DNA of 64,000 bases from Oscillospiraceae bacterium (lineage in GTDB: Bacteria > Bacillota > Clostridia > Oscillospirales > Acutalibacteraceae): assembly GCA_015065925.1 (NCBI GenBank), contig SVPL01000003.1:18422-82421 (forward strand), given 5' to 3'. A program made the position numbers and the translations under genes. This document shows, piece by piece, positions 16,971-26,883 of this stretch. The first letter of the stretch is position 1. Every line of letters begins with the position of its first letter. Below the pieces are notes generated by a model, which did no database searches, had not been told where the DNA came from, and saw only the letters and a program-made list of their open reading frames with translations.

Positions 16971-17013
16971 TCAGGACACTATCGGCAAAAATAAGAATTT
17001 TTTAAATTGAAAG

Positions 17014-17484
17014 GTGTTGTATCTATTGGCAGGTAATCATACCGCAAAGCAGGTGGCTGAACTTGTTAAGCCCTATGTGGAGCAGCTTGGTTTAACCCTT
17101 TGGGATGTTCGCTTTGTTAAGGAGGGCGCGTCCTGGTACCTTCGCATTTTTATTGATAAAGAGGGCGGCGTTACCATTGATGACTGTACCGATGTTTCCC
17201 ACGCGGTTGACCCCGTTTTGGATGAGGCAGATCCCATTAGCGTCTCCTATTATTTAGAGGTTTGCTCCCCCGGCTTAAACCGCGAACTCAAAGAACCCGA
17301 GCACTTTAAAGCCTTTATCGGCAGTGAAATTGCACTCACCCTTTATAAGGCGGAAAACGGCTCAAAATCGGTTCAAGGCATACTTGAAGCCTTTAATGAA
17401 AATCTTGTTTTAACGGTTGGGGAGGAGAAAAAAGAATATCCCCTCTCAGCAGTTGCTAAGGCAACACTTTGTGATTTGGATTAA
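17014..17484 (+). CDS. rimP: Ribosome maturation factor RimP
   Basis: LWDVRFVKEG..WYLRIFIDK..GVTIDDC and LEVCSPGLNRELK motifs. The start is uncertain (TTG at 17014 or at 17023). Confidence 0.9.
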   Translation: MLYLLAGNHTAKQVAELVKPYVEQLGLTLWDVRFVKEGASWYLRIFIDKEGGVTIDDCTDVSHAVDPVLDEADPISVSYYLEVCSPGLNRELKEPEHFKAFIGSEIALTLYKAENGSKSVQGILEAFNENLVLTVGEEKKEYPLSAVAKATLCDLD

Positions 17485-17525
17485 TTTTTTAAACTGTATT
17501 AAAACTTTGGAGGTTGTTATAAAAA

Positions 17526-18593
17526 ATGAGTAAAGCAAATAAGGAATTTTTTGAAGCATTAGCACTAATGGAGCAGGAAAAAGGCATAAGCGCCGAGTAC
17601 CTTGCAGAAAAAATCGCAAACGCAATTATTACCGCTGTTAAAAAGGAATACGGCGGCAGAGAAATTGTTTTTTGTGACATTGATTTAGAAAAACAAAAAA
17701 TGAAGGTTTATGTTCGCAAAGAGGTTGTGGAGGAGGTTGAGGATATATATTCTCAGCTCACCTTGGAGCAGGCAAGAACTCACAAGAAAAACGCAGTTGT
17801 TGGCAGCCATATTGACATTGCTCTTGATACCAAAAATTTCGGCAGAATTATGGCTCAAACCTGTAAGCACGTTATCCGCCAAGGCATTAAAGAGGCTGAA
17901 AAAGGTCAAACCCTTGCAGATTTCCAAAGCCACAACCGTGAGCTTGTTACCGCCACCGTTGAGCGTATTGATCCCAAAACAGGCAACGCCACCATTAATC
18001 TTGGCAGAGGCGAGGCTGTGCTTTTAAAGACCGAGCAGGTGCCCGACGAGGTTCTGCACGAGGGCGACCAGGTTAAGGTTTATGTTGTAGATGTTAAGGA
18101 CGGCGAAAAAGGTCCCAAGGCAATTATTTCCAGAACACACCCCGGTCTTGTTAAGCGCCTTTTTGAAATGGAGGTTCCCGAAATATTCGACGGCACCATT
18201 GAAATTAAGGCTGTTTCCCGTCAGGCAGGCGCAAAAAGTAAGCTCGCAGTTTACAGCCAAAATGAGGAAATTGATGCAGTTGGCGCTTGTATCGGTCAGC
18301 GCGGTGCCCGTGTTAACAAAATTGTTGAGGAGCTTGCAGGCGAAAAAATTGAAATTGTTAAATATTCCGACGACCCCGTAGCCTTTGTTTCTGAGGCGCT
18401 CTCCCCCGCTAAGGTTGTATCGGTTGAGATTTTAAGCGAGGAGCCCAAAACCTGTCGCGCAACCGTTCCCGATTCACAGCTATCCCTTGCAATCGGCAAT
18501 AAAGGTCAAAATGTTCGTCTTGCCGCCCGCCTTACAGGTTGGAAGATTGATATCCGTCCCGAAAGCGGTTATTACGGCGAGGACGAAGAATAA
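17526..18593 (+). CDS. nusA: Transcription termination/antitermination factor NusA
   Basis: N-terminal domain, S1 and two KH domains are recognisable (ACIGQRGARV, AIGNKGQNVRLA). 355 aa. Confidence 0.95.
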   Translation: MSKANKEFFEALALMEQEKGISAEYLAEKIANAIITAVKKEYGGREIVFCDIDLEKQKMKVYVRKEVVEEVEDIYSQLTLEQARTHKKNAVVGSHIDIALDTKNFGRIMAQTCKHVIRQGIKEAEKGQTLADFQSHNRELVTATVERIDPKTGNATINLGRGEAVLLKTEQVPDEVLHEGDQVKVYVVDVKDGEKGPKAIISRTHPGLVKRLFEMEVPEIFDGTIEIKAVSRQAGAKSKLAVYSQNEEIDAVGACIGQRGARVNKIVEELAGEKIEIVKYSDDPVAFVSEALSPAKVVSVEILSEEPKTCRATVPDSQLSLAIGNKGQNVRLAARLTGWKIDIRPESGYYGEDEE

Positions 18594-18626
18594 TTTTAAA
18601 GTTATTCCCGAAAGGAATGTGACCTG

Positions 18627-18896
18627 ATGAAGCCAAAAAAAATACCGCTTAGAATGTGTCTTGGTTGCAACGAAATGAAGCCTAAGCAGGAGCTTTTAAG
18701 GGTAGTAAAATCCCCCGAAAATGAGGTTTCACTGGATTTGATAGGCAAGAAAAACGGTCGAGGCGCATACATTTGCCACAGCACAGAGTGTTTGGAAAGG
18801 GCAGTAAAATCCAAAAGATTAGAGCGCACCTTCCAAACGGCAATTCCAAACGAGGTTTATGAATCCCTTAAAAAGGAGTTGGACTCGCTTGGCTGA
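18627..18896 (+). CDS. ylxR: YlxR/RnpM family RNA-binding protein (DUF448)
   Basis: PLRMCLGCNE..K.ELLRVV...GRGAYIC pattern. It sits in the canonical position after nusA. Confidence 0.9.
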   Translation: MKPKKIPLRMCLGCNEMKPKQELLRVVKSPENEVSLDLIGKKNGRGAYICHSTECLERAVKSKRLERTFQTAIPNEVYESLKKELDSLG

Positions 18897-19194
18897 GAAT
18901 AAAATACTCACTCTTTTAGGATTTTGCCGAAAGGCAGGTAAGCTTATCTTCGGCACCGAAAAGGTAACCGAGCTTATAAAAAAAGGTGAGCCTTGCCTTG
19001 TTATGCTAAGCAGTGATATATCTGCAAAAACCGAAAAAGAGCTTAAATACCATGCAAGCGGAACAAACACCGTTTTTATCAGACTTGAGTTTGACCGCGA
19101 AACCGTTGGTCACGCCACCAATACTACGGCTGGTGTGCTTGCAACGGCAGATGAAGGCTTTAGTAAAGCGATTTTGCAAGGAGGAAATAATTAA
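18889..19194 (+). CDS. ylxQ: L7Ae-family ribosomal-protein-like YlxQ
   Basis: [14 protein letters not shown] motif. I chose the TTG start at 18889 because an AAGGAG RBS lies 10 nt upstream. The ORF-track ATG at 18859 would overlap ylxR by 38 nt. Confidence 0.8.
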   Translation: MAENKILTLLGFCRKAGKLIFGTEKVTELIKKGEPCLVMLSSDISAKTEKELKYHASGTNTVFIRLEFDRETVGHATNTTAGVLATADEGFSKAILQGGNN

Positions 19195-21869
19195 TGAGTA
19201 AATATAAAGTTAGTGACATAGCAAAGGATTTCGGTATGTCTTCCAAGGATATTGCGGGTCTTTTAGCTCCCTTGGGAGGAGAGCCTAAAAAAAGCTCCAA
19301 CGCTCTTGAGGAAAACGAGCTTGATTTTCTTTTTAATAAAATTACAAAGGATAATTCTGTAGAAAATTTCAATGCCTATTTTGCCGCAGGTAATGAGGCC
19401 AGAGAAAAGGCTAAAAATGCGGCAAAAGCCGAGCTTGATAAATTAGAGCAGATTAAAAAGGAAGCCGCCGAGGAACGCAAAAAGCGCGCCGCAGCAGCCG
19501 CAAAGGAAAAGGCAGCAGAGGAAAAAGTAACTGAAGAAAAGACAGAGGAGAAAAAGCCTGCCGAAAAACCCGCCAAAAAGGCAGAAACCAAAAAATCAGA
19601 GCCTAAAAAGGACGAGGTTAAAAAGCCCGTTCCCGAAAAGCTTGATAAAAAGGTTGAAGTTAAGTCTGAAAAGCCCGCTGAGAAGCCCGCTAAAAAGGTA
19701 GAAAACAAAACCTCTGAATCCAAAAAAGAAGAGGCTAAAAAGCCTGTTGAAAACAAAAAAACTGAGGCTAAAAAGCCTGAAACTAAGAAGCAGGAAACTA
19801 AAAAGCAGGAGCCTAAAAAGGAAAAAGGGGAGCCTATTGTTATTCCTCCTCAGCCCAAAAAGGAAAAGGTTGGCGGTCCCGCACCCAATCGCGGTCCTCA
19901 AGAGGTACGCCGTGTAGATACCCGCGCCAACAATGTAGATATTGAAAAATATAACGAAAAGTATGAGAATATTGCGCCTGCAAATACTATGAAGGACAAT
20001 ATGCAGCGCAAACAAAAAATCAAGCAAAAATCCCGTGACCAAAAGCGTCCTCAAAACGCAAAAAGGGAAACCGAGGCAGACCGTATTCGCCGTATGCAGC
20101 TTGAAAAGATTAAAAAGACTCCCATCACCGTTACTGTTGGTGATGAAATTACGGTTGGCGAGCTTGCCGCAGGTCTTAAAAAGACTGCCGCCGAGGTTAT
20201 TAAGGTGCTTATGAAGCTTGGCGTTATGGCATCAGTTTCTCAGACAATTGACTATGACACCGCCGAAATCGTTGTTTTGGAGCTTGGCTGTAAAATCAAA
20301 AAAGCGGTTGTTGTTACCATTGAGGAAAGAATTATGGACGACACCGAGGATACCGCAGAAAGCCTGAAGGAAAGAGATCCTATTGTTGTTGTTATGGGCC
20401 ATGTTGACCACGGTAAAACCTCCCTTTTGGATGCAATCCGTAACGCAAAGGTAACCTCTACCGAGGCGGGTGGAATTACCCAGCACATTGGTGCTTACCG
20501 CGTTAACCACGAAGGTCACAATATCACCTTCCTTGATACCCCCGGTCACGCCGCCTTTACTTCAATGCGTCAACGCGGTGCAATGTCCACCGATATTGCA
20601 GTTTTGGTTGTTGCCGCTGATGATGGTATTATGCCCCAGACCGTTGAGGCTATTAACCACGCAAAGGCTGCAGGCGTTCAAATTATAGTTGCTATTAACA
20701 AAATGGATAAGCCTACCGCCAATCCCGACCGCGTTAAGCAACAGCTTACCGAACATTCTTTAGTGCCCGAGGAATGGGGCGGTGATGTTATCTGCGTACC
20801 CGTTTCAGCTCACACCCACGAGGGTATTGATGTTCTTTTGGAAAACATTTTGCTTGTTGCAGAAATGGCAGAGCTTAAGGCTAACCCCGACCGCAGAGCA
20901 AAGGGTGTTGTTATTGAAGCCAGACTTGATAAAGGCCGCGGTCCCGTTGCCACACTTTTGGTGCAAAACGGTACCCTTAACGCAGGTGATATTATAGTTG
21001 CAGGTACCTCTGTTGGCCGTGTTCGTATTATGTTAAACGAAAAAGGTCAAACCCTTAAAACAGCAGGGCCTTCTGTTCCTGTTGAAATCACAGGTCTTGC
21101 CGAGGTTCCCTCTGCAGGTGACGATTTTGATGCCGTTTCGGATGAGCGACTCGCCCGTCAGCTTGTTGAACAGAGAAAGCAAAAGGCAAAAGAGGCTCAG
21201 TTTAATGCCGCCTCCAAAGTTACTCTTGACAACCTCTTTAGTCATCTTGAGGATGGCGATATGAAGGAGCTTAATGTTATTGTTAAAGCCGATGTTCAGG
21301 GCTCGGTTGAGGCAGTTCGCGAAAGCTTGGAAAAAATCAGCAACGAAGAAGTTCGCGTTAAGGTTATTCACGGCGGTGTTGGCGCTATTAATGAGTCGGA
21401 CGTTATGCTTGCAGGTACCTCCGGCGCAATCATTGTTGGATTTAATGTTCGTCCCGATGCGGTTGCTAAGACTACTGCCGAGCGTGACGGTGTAGATATT
21501 CGTACCTATCGCGTAATTTACGATTGTATTGAGGAAATCACCGCCGCTATGAAGGGTATGCTCGCACCTAAATTCCGCGAGGTTGCTCTTGGTCAAATCG
21601 AGGTTCGTAACACCTATAAAATCTCAAGCATCGGTACCGTCGCAGGTTGTTATGTTACCGACGGTAAGGTTACCCGCAATGCCGAAATCCGCGTAGTTCG
21701 TGACGGTATTGTATTAGCAGAGGATAAAATTGCCTCTCTCCGCCGCTTTAAGGACGATGTTAAAGAGGTTGCTCAAGGTTACGAGTGCGGTATTACCTTA
21801 GAAAAATACAGCGATGTTAAGGAAGGCGACATATTTGAAGCCTTTATTATAGAGGAGTACAGAGATTAA
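19194..21869 (+). CDS. infB: Translation initiation factor IF-2
   Basis: Lys/Glu-rich N-terminal region. G domain motifs [17 protein letters not shown] and NKMD. 891 aa. Confidence 0.97.
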   Translation: MSKYKVSDIAKDFGMSSKDIAGLLAPLGGEPKKSSNALEENELDFLFNKITKDNSVENFNAYFAAGNEAREKAKNAAKAELDKLEQIKKEAAEERKKRAAAAAKEKAAEEKVTEEKTEEKKPAEKPAKKAETKKSEPKKDEVKKPVPEKLDKKVEVKSEKPAEKPAKKVENKTSESKKEEAKKPVENKKTEAKKPETKKQETKKQEPKKEKGEPIVIPPQPKKEKVGGPAPNRGPQEVRRVDTRANNVDIEKYNEKYENIAPANTMKDNMQRKQKIKQKSRDQKRPQNAKRETEADRIRRMQLEKIKKTPITVTVGDEITVGELAAGLKKTAAEVIKVLMKLGVMASVSQTIDYDTAEIVVLELGCKIKKAVVVTIEERIMDDTEDTAESLKERDPIVVVMGHVDHGKTSLLDAIRNAKVTSTEAGGITQHIGAYRVNHEGHNITFLDTPGHAAFTSMRQRGAMSTDIAVLVVAADDGIMPQTVEAINHAKAAGVQIIVAINKMDKPTANPDRVKQQLTEHSLVPEEWGGDVICVPVSAHTHEGIDVLLENILLVAEMAELKANPDRRAKGVVIEARLDKGRGPVATLLVQNGTLNAGDIIVAGTSVGRVRIMLNEKGQTLKTAGPSVPVEITGLAEVPSAGDDFDAVSDERLARQLVEQRKQKAKEAQFNAASKVTLDNLFSHLEDGDMKELNVIVKADVQGSVEAVRESLEKISNEEVRVKVIHGGVGAINESDVMLAGTSGAIIVGFNVRPDAVAKTTAERDGVDIRTYRVIYDCIEEITAAMKGMLAPKFREVALGQIEVRNTYKISSIGTVAGCYVTDGKVTRNAEIRVVRDGIVLAEDKIASLRRFKDDVKEVAQGYECGITLEKYSDVKEGDIFEAFIIEEYRD

Positions 21870-22240
21870 TGGCAGGTTTTAAGCACGGAAGAATAACATC
21901 AGATATTCATCTGGCTATGTCTCAGCTTCTTCGCGAGGTTAAGGACCCTAGGGTTAGCCCCCTGATAGGCGTGGTTAAGGTGGATGTTTCGGGAGATTTA
22001 TCCTACGCCACCATCTATGTCAGCGCCATTGACGGCTATGATGCTACCGTAAATTCGGTTAAGGGACTCAAAAGCGCGGCGGGGTATCTTCGCCGCGAAT
22101 TGGGTAGCAGGCTAAGACTTCGCAAGGTGCCCGAGCTTCGCTTTATTGCTGATGATTCCATTATAAAAAGCGCCGAGATTATGAATATAATCGACGGATT
22201 TGAAAACAAAGAAACTAATCCTTCTGAAGAGGAGAATTAA
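21869..22240 (+). CDS. rbfA: Ribosome-binding factor A
   Basis: Recognisable motifs are V..V.VS.DL..A.IYVS and LR.VPEL.F. Its start shares TAATG with the infB stop. Confidence 0.9.
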   Translation: MAGFKHGRITSDIHLAMSQLLREVKDPRVSPLIGVVKVDVSGDLSYATIYVSAIDGYDATVNSVKGLKSAAGYLRRELGSRLRLRKVPELRFIADDSIIKSAEIMNIIDGFENKETNPSEEEN

Positions 22241-22241
22241 T

Positions 22242-23240
22242 TTGAATAAAAATCACTTTTTTTCACTTTCAGATACGGCTGATTTTTTAAAGCAAAAAGA
22301 TAACTTTGTTATTTTAACCCACCAAAATCCCGACGGTGATACCTTAGGCTCGGGATTTGGTCTTGCTATGCTGCTTGATAAAATGGGTAAAAAATCCACC
22401 GTTATCTGCTCAGATGAAATCCCCAAAAAATATGCATATTTCACCGATTTGGCACCCCAAAATGCCGATTTTAATGCGGAAACTACCGTGGTTGCCGTGG
22501 ATGTTGCCGATTCTAAGCTTTTAGGAAAATTAGAAAAAGAATATGCATCTGAGGTTCAGCTTTGCATCGACCATCACATTTCAAACATTGGCTATGCTAA
22601 GGCTACCTATTTAGATAGCAATGCCGCCGCCAACTGTGAATGTATTTACGATTTGGCAAAGGCTCTGTCACTTGAAATTGATAAAAATTTGGCACTCGCC
22701 CTTTACACAGGCATCTCTACCGATACAGGTTGCTTCAGATTTTCCAACACCACCGCCAAAACCCATAGAATTGGCGCCGATTTAATTGAAACTGGCATAG
22801 ATACCGCCGAAATCAATCGGATTATGTTCGAAACAAAAAGCCGTATAAGGGTTGAGCTTGAAAAAATGGCTTTGGATGCTATGGAATTTCATTTTGAGGA
22901 TAAATGCGCCGTTATAACCGTAACCCGTGAAATGTATGAAAAAACAGGCTGTAAGGATGAGGATTTAGAGGGAATTACCTCTATTTCACGCAGTATTGAA
23001 GGGGTTATGGTGGGCGTCACCCTCAGAGAAAGGGAGGAAGGCGGCTTTAAAATTTCGGTTCGCACCTATCCCCCTGTTGATGCATCAGAAATTTGTAAGC
23101 GTGTAGGCGGCGGCGGTCACATTCGTGCCGCAGGCTGTCAGCTTGGCGCCGAATATTCAGCCTCTATGGCAAAAGCAAAAATACTGGAGGTTGTAAAGGC
23201 GGTTATGGAGGAAAATCTTGCAGGGACTCTTACTGATTAA
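22242..23240 (+). CDS. nrnA: DHH-family phosphoesterase (NrnA-type oligoribonuclease / pAp phosphatase)
   Basis: HQNPDGDTLGS, DHHISN and GGGGHIRAAG motifs. TTG start with a GAGGAG RBS 7 nt upstream. Confidence 0.85.
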   Translation: MNKNHFFSLSDTADFLKQKDNFVILTHQNPDGDTLGSGFGLAMLLDKMGKKSTVICSDEIPKKYAYFTDLAPQNADFNAETTVVAVDVADSKLLGKLEKEYASEVQLCIDHHISNIGYAKATYLDSNAAANCECIYDLAKALSLEIDKNLALALYTGISTDTGCFRFSNTTAKTHRIGADLIETGIDTAEINRIMFETKSRIRVELEKMALDAMEFHFEDKCAVITVTREMYEKTGCKDEDLEGITSISRSIEGVMVGVTLREREEGGFKISVRTYPPVDASEICKRVGGGGHIRAAGCQLGAEYSASMAKAKILEVVKAVMEENLAGTLTD

Positions 23241-24114
23241 TAAGCCGGAGGGAATAACCTCCTTCGGTGTTGTGGCTAAAATTAAATGGTTGCTCCACAC
23301 AAAAAGGGTGGGGCATACGGGCACCTTAGACCCTATGGCTACGGGGGTTTTACCCCTTTTGGTAGGTCGTGATACGGTGCTTTGCAGTCATCTTTTAGAT
23401 GCCGATAAGGAATATATAGCCACCGTAAAGCTTGGAATTACCACCGACACTCTGGATAAAACAGGAAATATTTTATCCAAAAGGGATGTTAATGTTTCTT
23501 TTGAGGAGCTTAAAGAGGTTTTAAACACTTTTTTGGGCAAACAACAGCAAATTCCGCCTATGTATTCCGCCCTTAAAAAGGATGGAGTACGCCTTTATGA
23601 TTTGGCGCGGGAGGGTAAGGAAATTAAGCGTGAAGCCCGCGAAATAGAAATTTTCGAGCTTGAGCTTTTGAATTTTGATGGCAATGAGTTTGAAATTCGT
23701 GTGCTTTGCTCTAAGGGTACATACATTCGCTCCCTTGCCGATGATATTGGCAAGAAGCTAGGCACAGGAGCAATGCTTACCGCCCTAAAACGCACCAAAA
23801 CTGCAGGCTTTAAAATCGAAGAATGTGTAGATTTGGATGACCTGACCCCCGAAAACATTGCCGACTTTTTAAAAAGCTCCGAAAACGCAGTTTTAAATTA
23901 TCCCCTTTTAACCGTTAGTGAAAAACAGGCTTTGCGTTTTTCAAACGGCGGCGAGCTTTCCATAGAAAGACTCCATTTTAATAAGCCACCCCAAAACGGC
24001 GAGGTTTTCAGGGTGAAAAACGGCGAGAAATTTTTAGGGCTTGGAGTAATAGATTTTGAAAAATCCGCCCTTAAAATAAAATGCCTTACCTACCATATAT
24101 CAGACGATATATGA
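23218..24114 (+). CDS. truB: tRNA pseudouridine(55) synthase TruB
   Basis: LLINKPEGITSF and GHTGTLDPMATGVLPL motifs, the latter containing the catalytic Asp. Confidence 0.93.
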   Translation: MQGLLLINKPEGITSFGVVAKIKWLLHTKRVGHTGTLDPMATGVLPLLVGRDTVLCSHLLDADKEYIATVKLGITTDTLDKTGNILSKRDVNVSFEELKEVLNTFLGKQQQIPPMYSALKKDGVRLYDLAREGKEIKREAREIEIFELELLNFDGNEFEIRVLCSKGTYIRSLADDIGKKLGTGAMLTALKRTKTAGFKIEECVDLDDLTPENIADFLKSSENAVLNYPLLTVSEKQALRFSNGGELSIERLHFNKPPQNGEVFRVKNGEKFLGLGVIDFEKSALKIKCLTYHISDDI

Positions 24115-24157
24115 TAAACGTTAAATTCAGAATTCAAAATGCAGAATTTTAACGACA

Positions 24158-24231
24158 AGGGAACGACCAATGTGTCGTTCCGCATAATTACCAAATTTTT
24201 TAGGAACGACACGCAGGGTATTCCGTACATT
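24158..24231. repeat. GGAACG/CGTTCC multi-hairpin intergenic repeat, copy A
   Basis: 58 nt match 54558-54615 with 3 mismatches, and the similarity continues for about 74 nt. Contains GGGAACGACCAATGTGTCGTTCC hairpin units. Confidence 0.85.
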
Positions 24232-24253
24232 TTAAAAAGAAAGGAAGTGCAAT

Positions 24254-25111
24254 ATGCCCGAATATGCAGTAGCCCTTGGCACCTTTGACGGACTCCATTT
24301 AGGGCATAAAGCGGTGCTTAACAGTATTCTTAAAAACGGTATTACCCCTATTGCGCTTACCTTTGATTTACCGCCAAAATTCACTTCAAGGCACAACCTT
24401 TTAATGAACCCCAAGGATAAAATCAACGCCCTTTTAAGCCTTGGTATAACTGCCGAGGTTATGGATTTTGAAAAGGTGAAGGATACATCTCCTGCCGACT
24501 TTCTTTCCTTTATTCAAAAGGAATTTTCGCCGAAAATAATTGCAACAGGTTATAATTTTCGCTTTGGAAAGGGCGCTTCGGGTACCACCGAGCATATAGC
24601 CGAGTTTTGCAAATTAAATGGAATTGAATACATCTCTACCAAGGCTGTTGAGGTGAACGGCGAAGCAGTTTCCAGTACAAGAATAAGGAATTTTATATCA
24701 AACGGTAAAATAAAATCTGCAAACCAAATGTTGGGAGAAAAATTTTTCTTTTCGGGAGAAATCGTTCACGGTGATGAAAGGGGCAGAACAATCGGCTTTC
24801 CTACCCTTAATATCACCTACCCTTTGGAGCTTGTCACCCCTAAATTTGGTGTTTACGCAAGTCTTACTCAGGTGGATGGCAAAATTTATAAATCGGTTAC
24901 CGACATTGGTATTCGTCCTACCTTTAAGACCGACTATGTTATAAGCGAAACCAACATAATAGATTTTAAGGGTGATATTTACGGAAAAACTGCCAGAATT
25001 TATCTTGTGGATTTTATAAGAGGCGAGGTTAAATTCAGCGATATCAATGAACTGAAATCTGCAATCTCCCTTGATAAAAAAACCGCTGCTGAAATCTTAA
25101 AAAGCATTTAA
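24254..25111 (+). CDS. ribF: Bifunctional riboflavin kinase / FAD synthetase
   Basis: ALGTFDGLHLGH (FAD synthetase domain) and GDERGRTIGFPTLN (kinase domain). 285 aa. Confidence 0.9.
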   Translation: MPEYAVALGTFDGLHLGHKAVLNSILKNGITPIALTFDLPPKFTSRHNLLMNPKDKINALLSLGITAEVMDFEKVKDTSPADFLSFIQKEFSPKIIATGYNFRFGKGASGTTEHIAEFCKLNGIEYISTKAVEVNGEAVSSTRIRNFISNGKIKSANQMLGEKFFFSGEIVHGDERGRTIGFPTLNITYPLELVTPKFGVYASLTQVDGKIYKSVTDIGIRPTFKTDYVISETNIIDFKGDIYGKTARIYLVDFIRGEVKFSDINELKSAISLDKKTAAEILKSI

Positions 25112-25187
25112 TAATCAGGATTAAAAAGCAAAAATAGCTTTAATATAAACAAATTTTCTTTTTTGAATATTGAAAGGAGAATTACAA

Positions 25188-26882
25188 ATGCAAGAAATTA
25201 ACAAACTTTGTATGGGCTGTATGAGCAGTTTAAACGGTGACGCAGTTTGCTCTGTTTGCGGTTTTGACAGCAGCAAATACAGCGAACCAAACGCTTTGCC
25301 CCTTCGCACAATGCTGGCAGGAAGATACCTTGTTGGTAAGGTAATCAGCAAAACGGGTGAAGGCTTTACCTATTTGAGCTTTGACACCGTTACCGAAGCA
25401 ATTGTAAAAATAACCGAGTATTTTCCTGAAGGCTTTTGCTCCAGAAATGATGATTTTACCGTTAAAATTAACGGTGATACCTCCTATGTTTTTAACGAAG
25501 GAATTATGAAGTTCATTGAACTGCATAAAGCCATTGCAGGTCTTTCTGAGCTTTCTGCAATTTATAGAATTATAGATATTTTTGAGGTTAACGGTACTGC
25601 ATACAGCGTTAATGAGCATCTGCAGGGAATAACCCTTAAGGAATTTTTAATCCGCAATGGCGGTGTGCTTACTTGGGAGCAGGTTCGCCCTCTTTACCTG
25701 CCCCTTATAAATGCAATAAATTCCCTTCACGAAAAGGGAATAATTCACGGCGGAATTTCTCCCGAAACCCTTATTGTAGGCCGTGACGGCAGAATTCGTA
25801 TAACCGATTTTCTAATACCCGAGGTTCGCAAAACGGGTGGAAATATGACAGCGCAGCTTTACCCCGGATTTGCGGCTATTGAGCAGTATCGCGGTGAAGC
25901 CCTTACCCCCTCCACCGATATTTACGCCATTGGCGCAACCCTTTTCAGAACCCTTACGGGTAATCCCCCACCCGACTCCAAGCAACGATTGGAAAATGAT
26001 AATATGACCTTCTCGCGCTCTGTTGCCGAAAAGGTGCCCAGAAGTGTGCTTGTTGCTATGGCAAACGCCCTTCAGCTGGAGCCTGCCAACCGTACCCAAA
26101 AAATTGAGGATTTAAAGGCAAATCTTCAAACCGCTTCGGAGCCTACCGAGTCTGAAGACCGTCCTCAAAAAAATTCAAATAACGGCAAAAAATCAGGTAA
26201 CTCAAACAAAAAATATGTTTTAATCGCCGCCCTTGCCACAGCTCTTATTTTGGCTATAATTGCGGGTATTTTCTATATTTTAACCCTTAACAACGATAAT
26301 GACGATACCGCCTCTGCCTCCTCGGAATTTATTTCAAGCTATGAGTCCTATCATACAGTAGATGCTTCCTCTACACCCGAAAAGCATCTTTCCGTGCCCG
26401 ATTTTTCAGGTAAATCATTAGCCGAGCTTCTCGCAAATAACGAGTATGCCGAGTGGTTTGACTTCAAGGTTGTTAAAAAGGAATATAACAACAAGGTATC
26501 CCGCGGTAAAATCTGCGCTCAGTCGGTAAAAATCGGCACCGCCGCTAAAAAAGGTACCGTTGTTGAATTTACCGTAAGCCTTGGTCCCGAAAAGGTAACC
26601 GTTCCCAAAGCGCTTAAGGGTATGAACAAAGACCAAGCACTAATTGAAATTCTTAAGCTTGGTGTTGACTATAACAATATTACAGTTATTGGTAAATTGG
26701 GCGAGGAAACAACCGAAGAATTTATTGTTTTTGAAACCTCTCCCGCTATGGGAACAAAAATAAATCCCGACGAGGCTATCACCATTTATTACAACACAAA
26801 TGTTGTTTTGCCTGCATCTTCTGAGCCTGAGTATCCTACCAACGATTACGACAACTATTACGACGGATATTATGGTAACTAA
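25188..26882 (+). CDS. Membrane protein: N-terminal zinc ribbon, Ser/Thr-kinase-like domain with a degenerate catalytic loop (predicted pseudokinase), TM helix, two PASTA-like repeats
   Basis: CMGC...CSVCG zinc ribbon. Kinase fold landmarks are present (IVKI, DIYAIGATLF), but HRDIKPEN is replaced by HGGISPET and DFG by DFL. TM helix VLIAALATALILAIIAGIFYIL. PASTA-like modules follow. Start at the ATG at 25188 with an AAAGGAG RBS. Confidence 0.75.
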   Translation: MQEINKLCMGCMSSLNGDAVCSVCGFDSSKYSEPNALPLRTMLAGRYLVGKVISKTGEGFTYLSFDTVTEAIVKITEYFPEGFCSRNDDFTVKINGDTSYVFNEGIMKFIELHKAIAGLSELSAIYRIIDIFEVNGTAYSVNEHLQGITLKEFLIRNGGVLTWEQVRPLYLPLINAINSLHEKGIIHGGISPETLIVGRDGRIRITDFLIPEVRKTGGNMTAQLYPGFAAIEQYRGEALTPSTDIYAIGATLFRTLTGNPPPDSKQRLENDNMTFSRSVAEKVPRSVLVAMANALQLEPANRTQKIEDLKANLQTASEPTESEDRPQKNSNNGKKSGNSNKKYVLIAALATALILAIIAGIFYILTLNNDNDDTASASSEFISSYESYHTVDASSTPEKHLSVPDFSGKSLAELLANNEYAEWFDFKVVKKEYNNKVSRGKICAQSVKIGTAAKKGTVVEFTVSLGPEKVTVPKALKGMNKDQALIEILKLGVDYNNITVIGKLGEETTEEFIVFETSPAMGTKINPDEAITIYYNTNVVLPASSEPEYPTNDYDNYYDGYYGN

Positions 26883-26883
26883 A

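Noticed and set aside
19440-19870. Possible tandem DNA repeat in infB (repeated [10 protein letters not shown]-like units)
   Set aside because: It is only imperfect protein-level low complexity, typical of Firmicutes IF-2 N-termini, and is not a discrete DNA repeat array.
19376-20054. Two antisense ORFs (126 aa and 152 aa) opposite the 5' part of infB
   Set aside because: They are mirror images of the Lys/Glu/Ala-rich low-complexity IF-2 N-terminus and give Phe/Leu/Ser-rich translations. They are an artefact of codon composition.
21033-21596. 187-aa antisense ORF inside infB
   Set aside because: It lies fully within the highly conserved IF-2 C-terminal region on the opposite strand, with no RBS and no recognisable motifs.
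26800-26883. N-terminal extension of glpK overlapping the upstream gene; similar extensions at 37620 (ROK), 53030 (pyk), 22200 (nrnA), 50761 (MATE), 63145 (BI-1) and 7020 (TSUP half)
   Set aside because: In each case an internal start with a Shine-Dalgarno sequence coincides with the conserved N-terminus of the family, and the longer form would overlap the neighbouring gene.
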